Part shown: positions 28,421 to 38,068 of the stretch, one piece after another | How the letters are laid out: each line of letters starts with the position of its first letter | Numbering within the stretch: position 1 is the stretch's first letter | Assembly (NCBI GenBank): GCA_009779255.1 | Contig: WREQ01000003.1 | Location: 1-54,169, forward strand | DNA: 54,169 bases | DNA from: Dehalococcoidia bacterium | GTDB lineage: Bacteria; Chloroflexota; Dehalococcoidia; Dehalococcoidales; UBA1222 | Direction: 5' to 3' | Translations under genes and position numbers: made by a program | The notes under the pieces: generated by a model | Database searches by the model: none | The model's input: the letters and a program-made list of their open reading frames with translations, nothing else | Told to the model about the DNA's origin: nothing

Positions 28421-30142
28421 TCAGCCGTTACCGCGGAACTTGTTGGTAATCGGCAGGCGGCGGTCGCGTCCAAAGGCGCGCGCCGTTATCTTGATGCCGG
28501 GAGGTGCCTGACGGCGCTTGTACTCGGATGCATCCACCAGACTGACCGCCCTGCGCACCGCCCCCTCGTCCAGCCCCACAGCCAGCATCTGCTCAACGCT
28601 CCTGTCCTCCTCCACATAAGCCTTGAGCACCTGGTCAAGCACTTCATACGGCGGCAGCGAGTCAATATCACGCTGGTTAGGGCGCAGTTCAGCGGACGGC
28701 GGCTTCTCAATGACAGACTGCGGAATGAGGTCATAGCCGGCACTGCGGTTGCGATATGCCACCAGGCTGTATACCAATGTTTTGGGCACGTCCTTCAGAA
28801 TAGCAAACCCACCGGCCATGTCTCCGTAGAGCGTGGCATAGCCGGTAGCCATTTCGCTCTTGTTGCCAGTGGGCAACACCAGCCAGCCGAATTTATTGGA
28901 GAGCGCCATGACAAAATTACCGCGGATGCGCGCCTGCAAATTCTCCTCGGACGTGCCGGCTGGGGTATCCCCGAACACCGCTGTCAGGCTGTTAAGATAG
29001 GAGCTGAAAACCTCTTCGATGGGAAGCGATAAAAGTTTGATTCCCAGATTATTCGCCAGCTTCTCGGCATCGGTAATGCTCCCCGGAGAGGAATAGCGTG
29101 ACGGCATGGAAATACCGATTACATTTTCCTTCCCCAGGGCGTCGACGGCAATGGCGGCCACCAGCGCCGAATCCACCCCACCCGAAAGCCCCAACACCAC
29201 CTTTTTGAAGCCGTTCTTGGCAATGTAATCGCGCGTGCCCAGCAACAAGGCCGCATAGATTTCCTCCACCAGTGACAAGTCCCGCACGTCCCGTGGAGGC
29301 AGCAGCGGTTTTGCAGCGCCGGCGGAGGTTGAGACCGGAACTACTGGAACATCCCACACCGTCCTGTGCTCGGTGTTGCTGTTTTTCACGCAGGCAGCAG
29401 ATTGAATTTCAATGTCGGCGACAACAAGGTCTTCTTCGAAAGCCCTGCCGCGGGCCAGCACTTTGCCGGTTCCGTCCAAGACAATGGAGTTGCCGTCGAA
29501 TACCAGTTCGTCCTGCCCGCCGACCATATTGCAATAGGCCACGACAGCACTGCTATCGCGGGCGCGTGCCATAAGCGTGTCAGCGCGCTGCCTGATCCTG
29601 CCGTAATGATAGGGCGAAGCAGAAATATTCAGCAGAATTTCCGCACCTGCGCGCACCTGCGCCGCAGACGGACCATCGTTATACCAGATGTCCTCGCAAA
29701 TGCTGACACCCACTTTCACACCGGCGATAGTGAATACGGGGCATTCCACTCCCGGCTTGAAATAGCGGGCTTCGTCGAAGACCCCGTAGTTCGGCAGCAG
29801 TATCTTACGGTAAGTGCCAACATGCCTACCATCGTGAATAATGGCGGCGGCATTGTAAAGGCCACCCCGATGCTCCACAAACCCGGCCACCACGGTCAGC
29901 CCGCGCGAGGCCGCCGACAACTTATCCAGCGACCTGCCGATACGTTCAATAAATGACGGTTTCAGCAGCAGATCTTCCGGCGGATAGCCGCAGACGGAAA
30001 GCTCCGGGAAAGCCAAGACATCTATTTTCAACCCGCGCGCCGCATCAAGAACCGTCAGCATCTTGTCAAGATTGCCGGCGAAATCGCCCACGGTTACGTC
30101 AAGCTGCGCCAGACCTATACGAAACACGCCGCTTTTTTCCAT
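28421..30142 (-). CDS. nadE: Glutamine-dependent NAD+ synthetase
   Basis: N-terminal CN-hydrolase domain (FRIGLAQLDVTVGD..., FPELSVCGYPPEDL) plus a C-terminal NAD synthetase PP-loop (VVLGLSGGVDSAL). The start is probably MEKSG at 30142; the ORF-track TTG start is at 30190. Confidence 0.9.
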   Translation of the reverse strand: MEKSGVFRIGLAQLDVTVGDFAGNLDKMLTVLDAARGLKIDVLAFPELSVCGYPPEDLLLKPSFIERIGRSLDKLSAASRGLTVVAGFVEHRGGLYNAAAIIHDGRHVGTYRKILLPNYGVFDEARYFKPGVECPVFTIAGVKVGVSICEDIWYNDGPSAAQVRAGAEILLNISASPYHYGRIRQRADTLMARARDSSAVVAYCNMVGGQDELVFDGNSIVLDGTGKVLARGRAFEEDLVVADIEIQSAACVKNSNTEHRTVWDVPVVPVSTSAGAAKPLLPPRDVRDLSLVEEIYAALLLGTRDYIAKNGFKKVVLGLSGGVDSALVAAIAVDALGKENVIGISMPSRYSSPGSITDAEKLANNLGIKLLSLPIEEVFSSYLNSLTAVFGDTPAGTSEENLQARIRGNFVMALSNKFGWLVLPTGNKSEMATGYATLYGDMAGGFAILKDVPKTLVYSLVAYRNRSAGYDLIPQSVIEKPPSAELRPNQRDIDSLPPYEVLDQVLKAYVEEDRSVEQMLAVGLDEGAVRRAVSLVDASEYKRRQAPPGIKITARAFGRDRRLPITNKFRGNG

Positions 30143-30260
30143 GCAAGGATTATAGCACGGAACGCCACCAATCATGCTGGAGAGAAGCAAAGTGGCATGT
30201 GGTGTGAAGCTAAGAGTGATAAATAATAGGAAGCCACTGAAAATCAGCCTGGCGATAGCG

Positions 30261-30773
30261 CTATTTTGGGGCTTTTTTCATCATGCGACGATCCCTCATA
30301 ACCCAATTCCTCAACTGCGCTGAAGAAAACTTTCCACCGTGGGCTTTGTCGTGACAGGTCGGACATAATACAATAAGATTATTAAGCGAGTTATTGTTTC
30401 TATCCATATCTATATGATGAATAGGCAGCCCGACATTAGAATAAGCACAGCGATCATTTTGACATTGGTGGCGTGCTATACGATAGACATCCTGACGGGT
30501 TTCTTTAGGTACAGCCTTTCGCTCCCCTTCATAATCCACGCCCCCATAAACGACTGTTTTCGCAGCTGATTTGGCCGTCTTGCCAAGCCACCTTCTAAGC
30601 TTGGAACTCATCGCTAGCGCAAATATAGCAAGCGCCACAACAAGGCCTAGAATTGTCCAACCAAGCGCCTGATTTGTTTCCCACCAATCTGCTGCAAGAA
30701 TAAAAGCAAAAAGCGCAACGAAAATCACGCAAAAAATAAAACCCTCGCGGACTTTCTTTTTCTGAGCGGGCAT
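30261..30773 (-). CDS. Membrane-anchored HNH endonuclease domain protein
   Basis: 170 aa with two N-terminal hydrophobic helices, then an HNH/His-Me finger (HQCQNDRCAYSNVGLPIHHIDMDRNNNSLNNLIVLCPTCHDKAH). It has its own extended -10 (TGTTATAAT) and a GAGGA SD upstream. Confidence 0.75.
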   Translation of the reverse strand: MPAQKKKVREGFIFCVIFVALFAFILAADWWETNQALGWTILGLVVALAIFALAMSSKLRRWLGKTAKSAAKTVVYGGVDYEGERKAVPKETRQDVYRIARHQCQNDRCAYSNVGLPIHHIDMDRNNNSLNNLIVLCPTCHDKAHGGKFSSAQLRNWVMRDRRMMKKAPK

Positions 30774-30950
30774 ACTTATCCTCGTTTGCCAAAATTTCTG
30801 TTGCCATTATAACATGCACCATCAATCGTCCCGTCTACATGCTATTTTTGTTTTATCTGCAGAGACACAGCGCGCCGTGCCTCTGCATTTGGAACATGCG
30901 ACTTCAGAAATCTTTTTGGCAACCCATTATATTATGTCAACACGCTGCGT

Positions 30951-31853
30951 TCAGCGATAAAACTTGCCCTCGTATTCCTCACGCGTCATATCCGCTTCGA
31001 ACAACAGCGTAACAGCACCTGGACCAAGATGCGCGCCGATAATCGGCCCCATCAGCATAGTAACAACTTGGCGAACACTGACGCCCGCCTTGATCATGTC
31101 GGCAAGCATCCTGGCGTCTTCAGGGCAATCCGTGTGATTTATCAGCACGGTATCGAGCGTTGTTTCCGGATTGATGCTTCGCTTTAATTGCTCAGCCATA
31201 AGGCCTAATGCCGCCTTGCGGCCACGCACCTTGTCTTTCTGGCGCAGTGTTCCATCGGGAGCAACATTCAACACCGGCTTTATACTAAGTATGGTGCCGG
31301 CGATTGCCGACAACTTGCTGAGCCGCCCGCCTCTGTGTAAATACATCAAATCATCCACCGTAAAGAGTGCGAAGCAACTGTGTTTTTTCGTTTCCAGCCA
31401 TGATGCAGTATCGCACGCCGACATCCCTTCCAAGCGCTTTTTCACAGCCAGCATAGCCAAAAGGCCGTGTCCAGATGTGGCATTTATACTATCTACAACA
31501 AATATGCCGCATTCCGGCCATGATGTCCTGACCGCTTGCAGTGCACTCACCGCTCCCTGATATGTGGACGATAAACCGCTGCTCAAAACAATACACACCA
31601 AGTCCCTGCCCTGCCTTGCATACTCAGAGAAGACTGTTTCAAACGAATTACGATTGATTTGTGACGTCTTTGCGACGCGGCCGTTTCGCAAAGCATCATA
31701 ATATTCTTTCCCGGATATTTCCTGCCAGTACCCCTGACCATGTGCCACGCCGTCTATACTAAACGGCATAGACAACACCTTTATGTCATGTTCTTCAAGA
31801 TACTCCGACGGAAGATCACAGTTTGAGTCAACCATAATAGTGAACGTATTCAT
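30951..31853 (-). CDS. DegV family fatty-acid-binding protein
   Basis: DegV pattern (IMVDSNCDLP..., SSGLSSTYQ). The ATG at 31853 overlaps the arsR-like stop codon (ATGA). Confidence 0.88.
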   Translation of the reverse strand: MNTFTIMVDSNCDLPSEYLEEHDIKVLSMPFSIDGVAHGQGYWQEISGKEYYDALRNGRVAKTSQINRNSFETVFSEYARQGRDLVCIVLSSGLSSTYQGAVSALQAVRTSWPECGIFVVDSINATSGHGLLAMLAVKKRLEGMSACDTASWLETKKHSCFALFTVDDLMYLHRGGRLSKLSAIAGTILSIKPVLNVAPDGTLRQKDKVRGRKAALGLMAEQLKRSINPETTLDTVLINHTDCPEDARMLADMIKAGVSVRQVVTMLMGPIIGAHLGPGAVTLLFEADMTREEYEGKFYR

Positions 31854-32176
31854 CCATAACACTCCTTATCTTTACGTGCTAACAAACCGGCATCGGCGGC
31901 TGAAGTTGCCGTCAGACGTTTCAGCAGCTCAACGGCCTGCTGGCTACCGGTTTCGCTGATGGAATAATATCTCCATTTACCGACTTTTCTGGCGGTTACA
32001 ATGCCGCTTTCTACAAGAATCCGCATATGATGCGAAAGCGTAGACTGTCCGACCCTGACATGTTTCAGCAAAACATCGGCGCATTCCTCCCCGCTCCGAA
32101 GAAGCGCCAGAACCTTCAATCTTGTTTCATCACACAAAGCCATAAACACTTTTGCGCTGTTGAGGCGTTTGAGCAT
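31850..32176 (-). CDS. ArsR/SmtB family transcriptional regulator
   Basis: 108 aa, winged HTH (FMALCDETRLKVLALL...GQSTLSHHMRILVESGIV). Confidence 0.85.
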   Translation of the reverse strand: MLKRLNSAKVFMALCDETRLKVLALLRSGEECADVLLKHVRVGQSTLSHHMRILVESGIVTARKVGKWRYYSISETGSQQAVELLKRLTATSAADAGLLARKDKECYG

Positions 32177-32539
32177 TAACGATACCTCATATCTATTTTT
32201 TTCAATATGAGATTTATACTACAATCCGAACCCAAAGTCAACACCAGGCAGTGTACTCGTTAAGGTGATTGGTGACACTTGGATGGAGTCTGGCAGCTTT
32301 TAGCTTCCACCACCCTTCTCATCCCTGTCATTTCGGCCTCCGAGTCGAAATACAGTGAGAGCGGTGGTATGGGGGTCATCGTTTGTGATTACGGGACAAG
32401 CCCACCATGACACTGTAATAGAGAATGTCATTCCATATTTAAAATAGTGCCACGCGGGTCGTAAACAGAGTAGCAACGAAGACTTCGAGTTTGGGAAACC
32501 CCCCGTCGGAGTTATGAAAAAGTTGGGAGCAATGGACGC

Positions 32540-33142
32540 CTATACGGTATTCAGAATATCCAATAGGTTTAACCCACGAATGATAAGGTCAACCGCAATC
32601 GCAGCCAGCAACAGGCTGAACACCTTGGAAAGCGCCTTTAGCCCACCCTGCCCAAGGAAGCGGAGAATACGGTCTCCGGAGACGAAGATGAGCCAGGCTA
32701 GCAACATATTCAGACAGAAAGACAGCAGCACCGCCCACGTGGGAAACTGGGTGTCAAGGAAAATGAGGGTGGTGATAGTGGCCGGACCGGCAAGCAGCGG
32801 GGTGCCTATCGGCACCACCGCCATCATTTCATCACGCGAGGCATCCACCATGCGCCCGTATATCATGTAGCGAATGGATAGAACTATCAATATCAGACCG
32901 CCTGCCACAGCGAAGGCACCCACCGAAATACCCATGACGCGAAGTAGAAACTGGCCGAAAAACAGAAATGCCAGACCCACAACCACAGCGGTGAGGATGG
33001 CAAGGTTGATAGTCCGTGTTTTTAGCCCGCGACCGAGGTCCTCTGTAAGCGCGGACACCATGGGCAAATTGCCGGCAGCATCCAACACGACAAAAAGCGG
33101 TACGAAAGTTAGAACAAAAATACTCCAGATAGAGTCGTTCAT
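32540..33142 (-). CDS. MarC family (UPF0056) integral membrane protein
   Basis: 200 aa, six hydrophobic segments, with MarC-like motifs (DAAGNLP, VPIGTPLLAGP). Confidence 0.85.
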   Translation of the reverse strand: MNDSIWSIFVLTFVPLFVVLDAAGNLPMVSALTEDLGRGLKTRTINLAILTAVVVGLAFLFFGQFLLRVMGISVGAFAVAGGLILIVLSIRYMIYGRMVDASRDEMMAVVPIGTPLLAGPATITTLIFLDTQFPTWAVLLSFCLNMLLAWLIFVSGDRILRFLGQGGLKALSKVFSLLLAAIAVDLIIRGLNLLDILNTV

Positions 33143-33270
33143 GCAGGCATTATACTACATTGAAGAGCACAAGAGGCGCAGATACCCATGACCAAATGCC
33201 CAGGTAGCAGATCGGCAAATATGGAGAATGAGAACAGCTACAGGAACAGAGCAATGTCAGACCAGAGCTT

Positions 33271-34776
33271 CTACTTATCCGATGAAGGGGCTTCGGGAAT
33301 CGCGCCCTGCATTACGGCGGCAACAGCGGCAATAGCGGCAGCGCGGCTGGATTGGTCGAAAATCTCGGACAGCTTAGCTTCCAGCGTTTTTTCCTCCTCC
33401 ATAATGTGCTTCATATCATCCAGCAGAGTAGTTTCATTGTCAATGAAATGCGTACCGAAATTTCCGGCGATGAAACGCGGATTAGCCATAACCGCCTTAT
33501 GGAAATTGATGTTTGTTTTTACACCTACGATTATGTACTCATACAACGCACGCCGCATACGCATGATGGCTTCATCGCGGTCGCGCCCCCAGACAATCAA
33601 CTTGGAAATCATAGGATCATACATATATGGTATGGTGTAGCGCGTATGCACGCCTGAGTCCACCCGCACGCCGATGCCGCCTGGAGAGCGATAGCCGCGC
33701 AGCTTTCCGGTGGACGGAGCAAAGCCCGCTAGTGGATCTTCGGCGTTTATGCGGCACTCGATGGCCCAGCCGTTTAATTTGATGTCTTCCTGACTGAAAG
33801 GGAGCGGCAGCCCCTGCGCCACACGTATCTGCTCTTTTACGATGTCGATACCGGTCACCATCTCGGTCACCGGATGCTCAACCTGCACGCGGGTATTGGC
33901 CTCCATGAAATAGAACTCTCCGTTGGAGAAGATAAACTCGACCGTGCCGGCACTCTGATATTTCACCCACCTGCCTACCCTGACGGCAACCTCGCCCATC
34001 TTGCTCCGCAGTTCGGGGGTAATCGCCGGAGAAGGACTCTCTTCTATCAGCTTTTGGTAGCGCCGCTGAATAGAGCACTCACGTTCTCCCAGATAGACTA
34101 TGTTGCCATAGCTGTCGCCCATTATCTGAAACTCTATATGGCGCGGCTCCCTGATGAACTTTTCGATATAAACATCGGGTACACCGAAAGCTTTGTCCGC
34201 CATCTTCTGCGAGCCGGTAATCGCCTCTTCAAGCTCAATTTCGCAGTTGGCCACCTTCATACCGATACCGCCGCCGCCGCCGCAGGGCTTGACTATAACC
34301 GGATAGCCAATATCCGCGGCAATCTTTTTGGCATGATCCAAGTCGTTAACAAGGTCTTCACAGCCAGGAACCACCGGCACTCCAGCCTTTTTCATCTCAG
34401 TCCTGGCTGCAACCTTGTTGCCCATCAACGCCAGCACATGGCTTGACGGCCCGATAAACTTTATGCCCGCTTTCTCGCAGGCATAGCTGAAAGAAGGGTT
34501 CTCCGAAAGAAAACCGTAGCCGGGATGGATAGCTTGCGCACCGGACGACACTGCTACTCCAATGATCTTTTTTATATCCAGATAGCTCTGTGCTGCCTGA
34601 GCCGGACCGATGGGATAAGCCTCATCGGCGTAACGGGCAAACAGCGCGTCCTTGTCGGCCTCTGAATAGACCGCCACACTTTTTATCCCCATTTCGCGGC
34701 AGGCGCGCATAATGCGGATGGCGATTTCGCCGCGGTTGGCTACGAGTATCTTGTCTATTTTCATTTGATTATCCAA
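33271..34776 (-). CDS. pycA: Biotin carboxylase (pyruvate carboxylase subunit A / AccC-type)
   Basis: 501 aa with KILVANRGEIAIRI and an ATP-grasp domain (GGGGGIGM). Adjacent to a carboxyltransferase + biotinyl subunit. Confidence 0.9.
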   Translation of the reverse strand: MDNQMKIDKILVANRGEIAIRIMRACREMGIKSVAVYSEADKDALFARYADEAYPIGPAQAAQSYLDIKKIIGVAVSSGAQAIHPGYGFLSENPSFSYACEKAGIKFIGPSSHVLALMGNKVAARTEMKKAGVPVVPGCEDLVNDLDHAKKIAADIGYPVIVKPCGGGGGIGMKVANCEIELEEAITGSQKMADKAFGVPDVYIEKFIREPRHIEFQIMGDSYGNIVYLGERECSIQRRYQKLIEESPSPAITPELRSKMGEVAVRVGRWVKYQSAGTVEFIFSNGEFYFMEANTRVQVEHPVTEMVTGIDIVKEQIRVAQGLPLPFSQEDIKLNGWAIECRINAEDPLAGFAPSTGKLRGYRSPGGIGVRVDSGVHTRYTIPYMYDPMISKLIVWGRDRDEAIMRMRRALYEYIIVGVKTNINFHKAVMANPRFIAGNFGTHFIDNETTLLDDMKHIMEEEKTLEAKLSEIFDQSSRAAAIAAVAAVMQGAIPEAPSSDK

Positions 34777-34815
34777 TCGCCAGTTGTCAGTTTTGGGAAG
34801 AAAAGAAACTGATAA

Positions 34816-36543
34816 CTAAGTCTTTTCCCCTATCACCAATATCACGTCTTTGGCGTTCACCAGTTCGCCTTCGTAAGCAAACACTTCTGTTACGATCCCG
34901 TCCGTCGGAGCGGTAATATCGGAGACCATCTTCATCGCCTCGATTGTGGCCACAATGTCGCCCTGTTCAACTTTGTCGCCGGATTTTACCTTGACAGACA
35001 GTATCATCCCGTTCATCGGAGCGACTACTGAACCCTTTTGCGCGGCTGCCGGCTTGGAAGGAGCGGGAGCGGATGTCACCGTTTTACCACCATTCACCGG
35101 CGAAACCCTGACGTTGAAGATTTCTCCGTCCACATCCACCGAAAACTCTGCCGGCGCGAGCGGCTGTGAGGTGGCAACAGGCGCAGCTGCCGACGGCAGC
35201 GCTTCCTCCTTGCTTTCACCACGCAGGAACTTGACGGTAATTTCCGGATAGATGGCGTAGGTAACCGCATCCTCTTCTTTTTTAAGCAGACCGAGTTTGC
35301 CAAGTTCCTCTTTCGCCTTTTCCATTTCAGGCGGCAAAAGATCTGCAGGGCGCACTATCACGGGCTGTTCATCACCAATAATCGGGTGTCGCACCTCTTC
35401 GTTTATCGGGCCTGCCGGCCTGCCGTACAACCCCAGGAAATAGTTCTTCGTTTCACGTGTCACTTGTTTGTAACGCTCACCGGACAGCACATTGAGTACC
35501 GCCTGAGTGCCGACCACCTGACTTGTAGGCGTCACCAGCGGCGGATAACCAAGATCAGCGCGGACACGCGGCACCTCGGCGTAAACTTCAGGGAGCCTAT
35601 CGAGCGCCTTTTGCTCCTTCATCTGGCTGACCAGATTTGAAATCATGCCGCCAGGTATCTGATGCAACAACACAGAGGCATTGGGACGCGTAGCCTCCGC
35701 GGTGAACAGCATCTGATACTTGTTCACCAGATTCAGGAAATATTCGTTTATCTCGTTGAGTTTTGCCAGATCCAATCCGGTATCACAGGACATGCCATGC
35801 AGTGAAGCCACCATACTCTCGGTAGGCGGCTGGGAAGCGCCCCAGCCAAACGCCGAGAAAGCAGTGTCAAGAATGTCGACACCGGCCCTAGCGGCGGCAA
35901 AGTAGCTTATGGGCGCCATGCCGCTGGAGCAGTGCGAGTGCAGATCCACCGGAATACGCACACGGCCTTTGATAAGACGCACCAAATCCTCTGCCGCCTG
36001 CGGAGAAATCAGCCCGGCCATATCCTTGATGCAGATAGCGTCGCAGCCGCGCTCCTCAAGCTCCGCCGCCATTTCGGCAAAGCCCTCCAAGGTATGCACA
36101 GGGCTGGTGGTATAGCAAATGACACCCTGCACCTCACCGCCGAATTCCTTGATGGCAGCGATAGATGATTCCATATTGCGGATGTCATTCAGCGCATCAA
36201 AAACACGAAAGATATCTATACCGTTCTTTACCGAAAGACGCACAAATTCCCGCACCGCATCATCGGCATAATGGCGATAGCCTACCAGGTTCTGCCCACG
36301 CAGCAACATCTGCAGCCGCGTGTTCTTGACCTTTCCGCGAATGGTCCTGAGACGCTCCCACGGGTCCTCATTGAGAAACCGGATACAGGAGTCAAAAGTG
36401 GCACCACCCCAAACCTCCAAGGAGTAGAACCCGACTTTGTCCATCTCATCCAGGATATCCAGCATATCGCGGGTGCGCATACGCGTGGCAATAAGAGACT
36501 GATGGGCGTCCCTAAGAGTAGTATCTGTAATCTTTACTGACAT
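34816..36543 (-). CDS. pycB: Pyruvate carboxylase subunit B (5S carboxyltransferase + biotinyl carrier domain)
   Basis: 575 aa with ITDTTLRDAHQSL, HCH metal-site context (DLHSHCSSG), and a C-terminal biotinylation motif EAMKM. Confidence 0.9.
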   Translation of the reverse strand: MSVKITDTTLRDAHQSLIATRMRTRDMLDILDEMDKVGFYSLEVWGGATFDSCIRFLNEDPWERLRTIRGKVKNTRLQMLLRGQNLVGYRHYADDAVREFVRLSVKNGIDIFRVFDALNDIRNMESSIAAIKEFGGEVQGVICYTTSPVHTLEGFAEMAAELEERGCDAICIKDMAGLISPQAAEDLVRLIKGRVRIPVDLHSHCSSGMAPISYFAAARAGVDILDTAFSAFGWGASQPPTESMVASLHGMSCDTGLDLAKLNEINEYFLNLVNKYQMLFTAEATRPNASVLLHQIPGGMISNLVSQMKEQKALDRLPEVYAEVPRVRADLGYPPLVTPTSQVVGTQAVLNVLSGERYKQVTRETKNYFLGLYGRPAGPINEEVRHPIIGDEQPVIVRPADLLPPEMEKAKEELGKLGLLKKEEDAVTYAIYPEITVKFLRGESKEEALPSAAAPVATSQPLAPAEFSVDVDGEIFNVRVSPVNGGKTVTSAPAPSKPAAAQKGSVVAPMNGMILSVKVKSGDKVEQGDIVATIEAMKMVSDITAPTDGIVTEVFAYEGELVNAKDVILVIGEKT

Positions 36544-36762
36544 GTGGCACTCCAGCCGTATCCCCGGCGAGGCCAGCCGGAGACGAATATGATTTAGTAT
36601 TGTAGCTCAACACGCATAAAGCAGCAAATTTAGGACTTCTCCATACCAGGTAATCCGACCGGTATAAACACTATTTCTGCCTACATTGACACCTGCCGAA
36701 CCCTGACAAATTATCTTTTCGTTACAGCGATAATGAGTATGGCATAAACAAGCAAATCGGGC

Positions 36763-37146
36763 ATTACCATAAGAGACCTCTCTAGAACCGCCGGAGCCAC
36801 CAGCGTTTTTGCCGCGCTCGTGGCAACTGTTTCATTGTGCATATTTGCCACCGGATGTTCCGGAAAAAACTGGGATTCCAGTATGCCGATACCTCCATCA
36901 ACCGCACCATAGCCCAGTTAAAGCAGCATATCAATCTCGATCTAACTATAAAAGCCAATGGAACCAACCGCCTACCAGAATCTGGTGAACAATGAAAATC
37001 ACTCATGGGCATATTTCGGCTGGATCACAGACTATCCCAACCCCGAAAACTTCACACAGACAAGCTTCCAGACCGGCGCGGGTACGAAACTGACAACTCC
37101 AGAACAAACTCCCCACACTGTCGTTCGAGCGGGGGCAAAAAGTTGA
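36763..37146 (+). pseudogene. Internally deleted, frame-disrupted family-5 (Opp/Dpp-type) solute-binding lipoprotein remnant
   Basis: A lipoprotein signal (TSVFAALVATVSLCIFATGCSGK) with no canonical start runs into a stop near 36919. A second frame then gives only the C-terminal signature of SBP family 5 (YQNLVNNENHSWAYFGWITDYPNPENF). Confidence 0.55.
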
Positions 37147-37170
37147 CCGCGCGCGCCGCGAATGTTAAAT
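37143..37170 (+). promoter_or_regulatory. Candidate promoter for tRNA-Arg
   Basis: TTGACC (37143-37148), 16-nt GC-rich spacer, TTAAAT (37165-37170), with a GC-rich discriminator before the tRNA. Confidence 0.4.
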
Positions 37171-37184
37171 TAGATGCGCGTCAC

Positions 37185-37257
37185 GTCCCTGTAGCTCAGG
37201 GGACAGAGCAGCTGCCTTCTAAGCAGCGGGTCGTGGGTTCGAATCCCTCCAGGGACG
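37185..37257 (+). tRNA. tRNA-Arg (anticodon TCT), CCA not encoded
   Basis: A manual cloverleaf fits: acceptor GTCCCTG/CAGGGAC, anticodon stem GCTGC/GCAGC with loop CTTCTAA, T-arm GTGGG-TTCGAAT-CCCTC (one U-U mismatch). Confidence 0.88.
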
Positions 37258-37365
37258 CTTTATTATCATCTGTGTAACTGGCTTACACTTGTTAGCTGCA
37301 ACAACTGGTGTTATGGCAATCGCTTAGGCAAATTTATACGAACAGTGAAATGGAGGCATTCGGCA

Positions 37366-37570
37366 ATGACGCCAAAAAAGCAGGCGAGTTGTTATAGTTT
37401 GCGCAGTTACACTAGCAATTTGTCTGGTGATATTCGCAGTCTCCACAGTGATACAGGTAATCCACAATGGCTGGGAAGCATTCAGTGTAGTTAATCTTAT
37501 TCCACCTTTAGGCATGGCGGCTGTGATGGTCGCTCTTTTGTCAATCAACAAGAAGGAAGGCGGTAAATAA
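37366..37570 (+). pseudogene. Possible small two-TM membrane protein interrupted at an A6 tract
   Basis: ATG at 37366, then A6 at 37374-37379. The +1 frame from 37382 encodes VVIVCAVTLAICLVIFAVSTVIQVIHNGWEAFSVVNLIPPLGMAAVMVALLSINKKEGGK up to the stop at 37568-37570. One A fewer would join them. Confidence 0.3.
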
Positions 37571-37575
37571 GCGAA

Positions 37576-37830
37576 ATGGAAGAAAACACCAAGAAGCAAC
37601 CTGATAAAAAAGAAGTTAACTACTTGGCAATAGGCATCGCGCTTGGGGCAGGCATTGGTACTACTATCGGATTTTCTCTTGGGGTACCATTAAGCAAAAT
37701 TTTTGTAAACTCTTTTTTTAACGCTGGTTTTTGGGCTGCTTTGGGAACAGGTATCGGCATCATGGGTGGCGCAGTCATTGGCGCAGCAATTCAAAAGAAG
37801 AAAAATGCAGCAGCCCGAAACGACTCATAG
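37576..37830 (+). CDS. Small glycine-zipper membrane protein
   Basis: 84 aa with two Gly-rich hydrophobic segments (GIALGAGIGTTIG, GTGIGIMGGAVIGAAI). No further similarity recognised. Confidence 0.5.
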   Translation: MEENTKKQPDKKEVNYLAIGIALGAGIGTTIGFSLGVPLSKIFVNSFFNAGFWAALGTGIGIMGGAVIGAAIQKKKNAAARNDS

Positions 37831-38068
37831 CATAAACAAACTGGCAGATATTCCCTCGACACCAGGCGCTTCGTAATACTGTGGATTAACTAACCAATTT
37901 ACCCGCAGAAAGCGATCGGTACAGCACCGATGGATACGCCATCCGGTCTGACATTACAATCGGGATAGCCATTGATAGTTGTGCCAAATCCAAACATATC
38001 CATGACATTCTCTCTCACCACAACCTGGGTTGTTGTACTCAACACTCTTTTCACTATATACTAATCAC

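Noticed and set aside
32177-32539. Possible small RNA or repeat in the arsR-marC intergenic region (short inverted repeats such as TACAGTG...CACTGTA and ATTTCG...CGAAAT)
   Set aside because: The stems are short (6-7 bp) and could arise by chance. There is no second copy in the window, no promoter/terminator pair is evident, and there is no match to any motif I recognise.
37324-37599. 91-aa minus-strand ORF after tRNA-Arg
   Set aside because: It has no SD and an odd composition. The plus strand over the same span encodes a much more protein-like 2-TM peptide (though frame-split), followed immediately by a second small membrane ORF.
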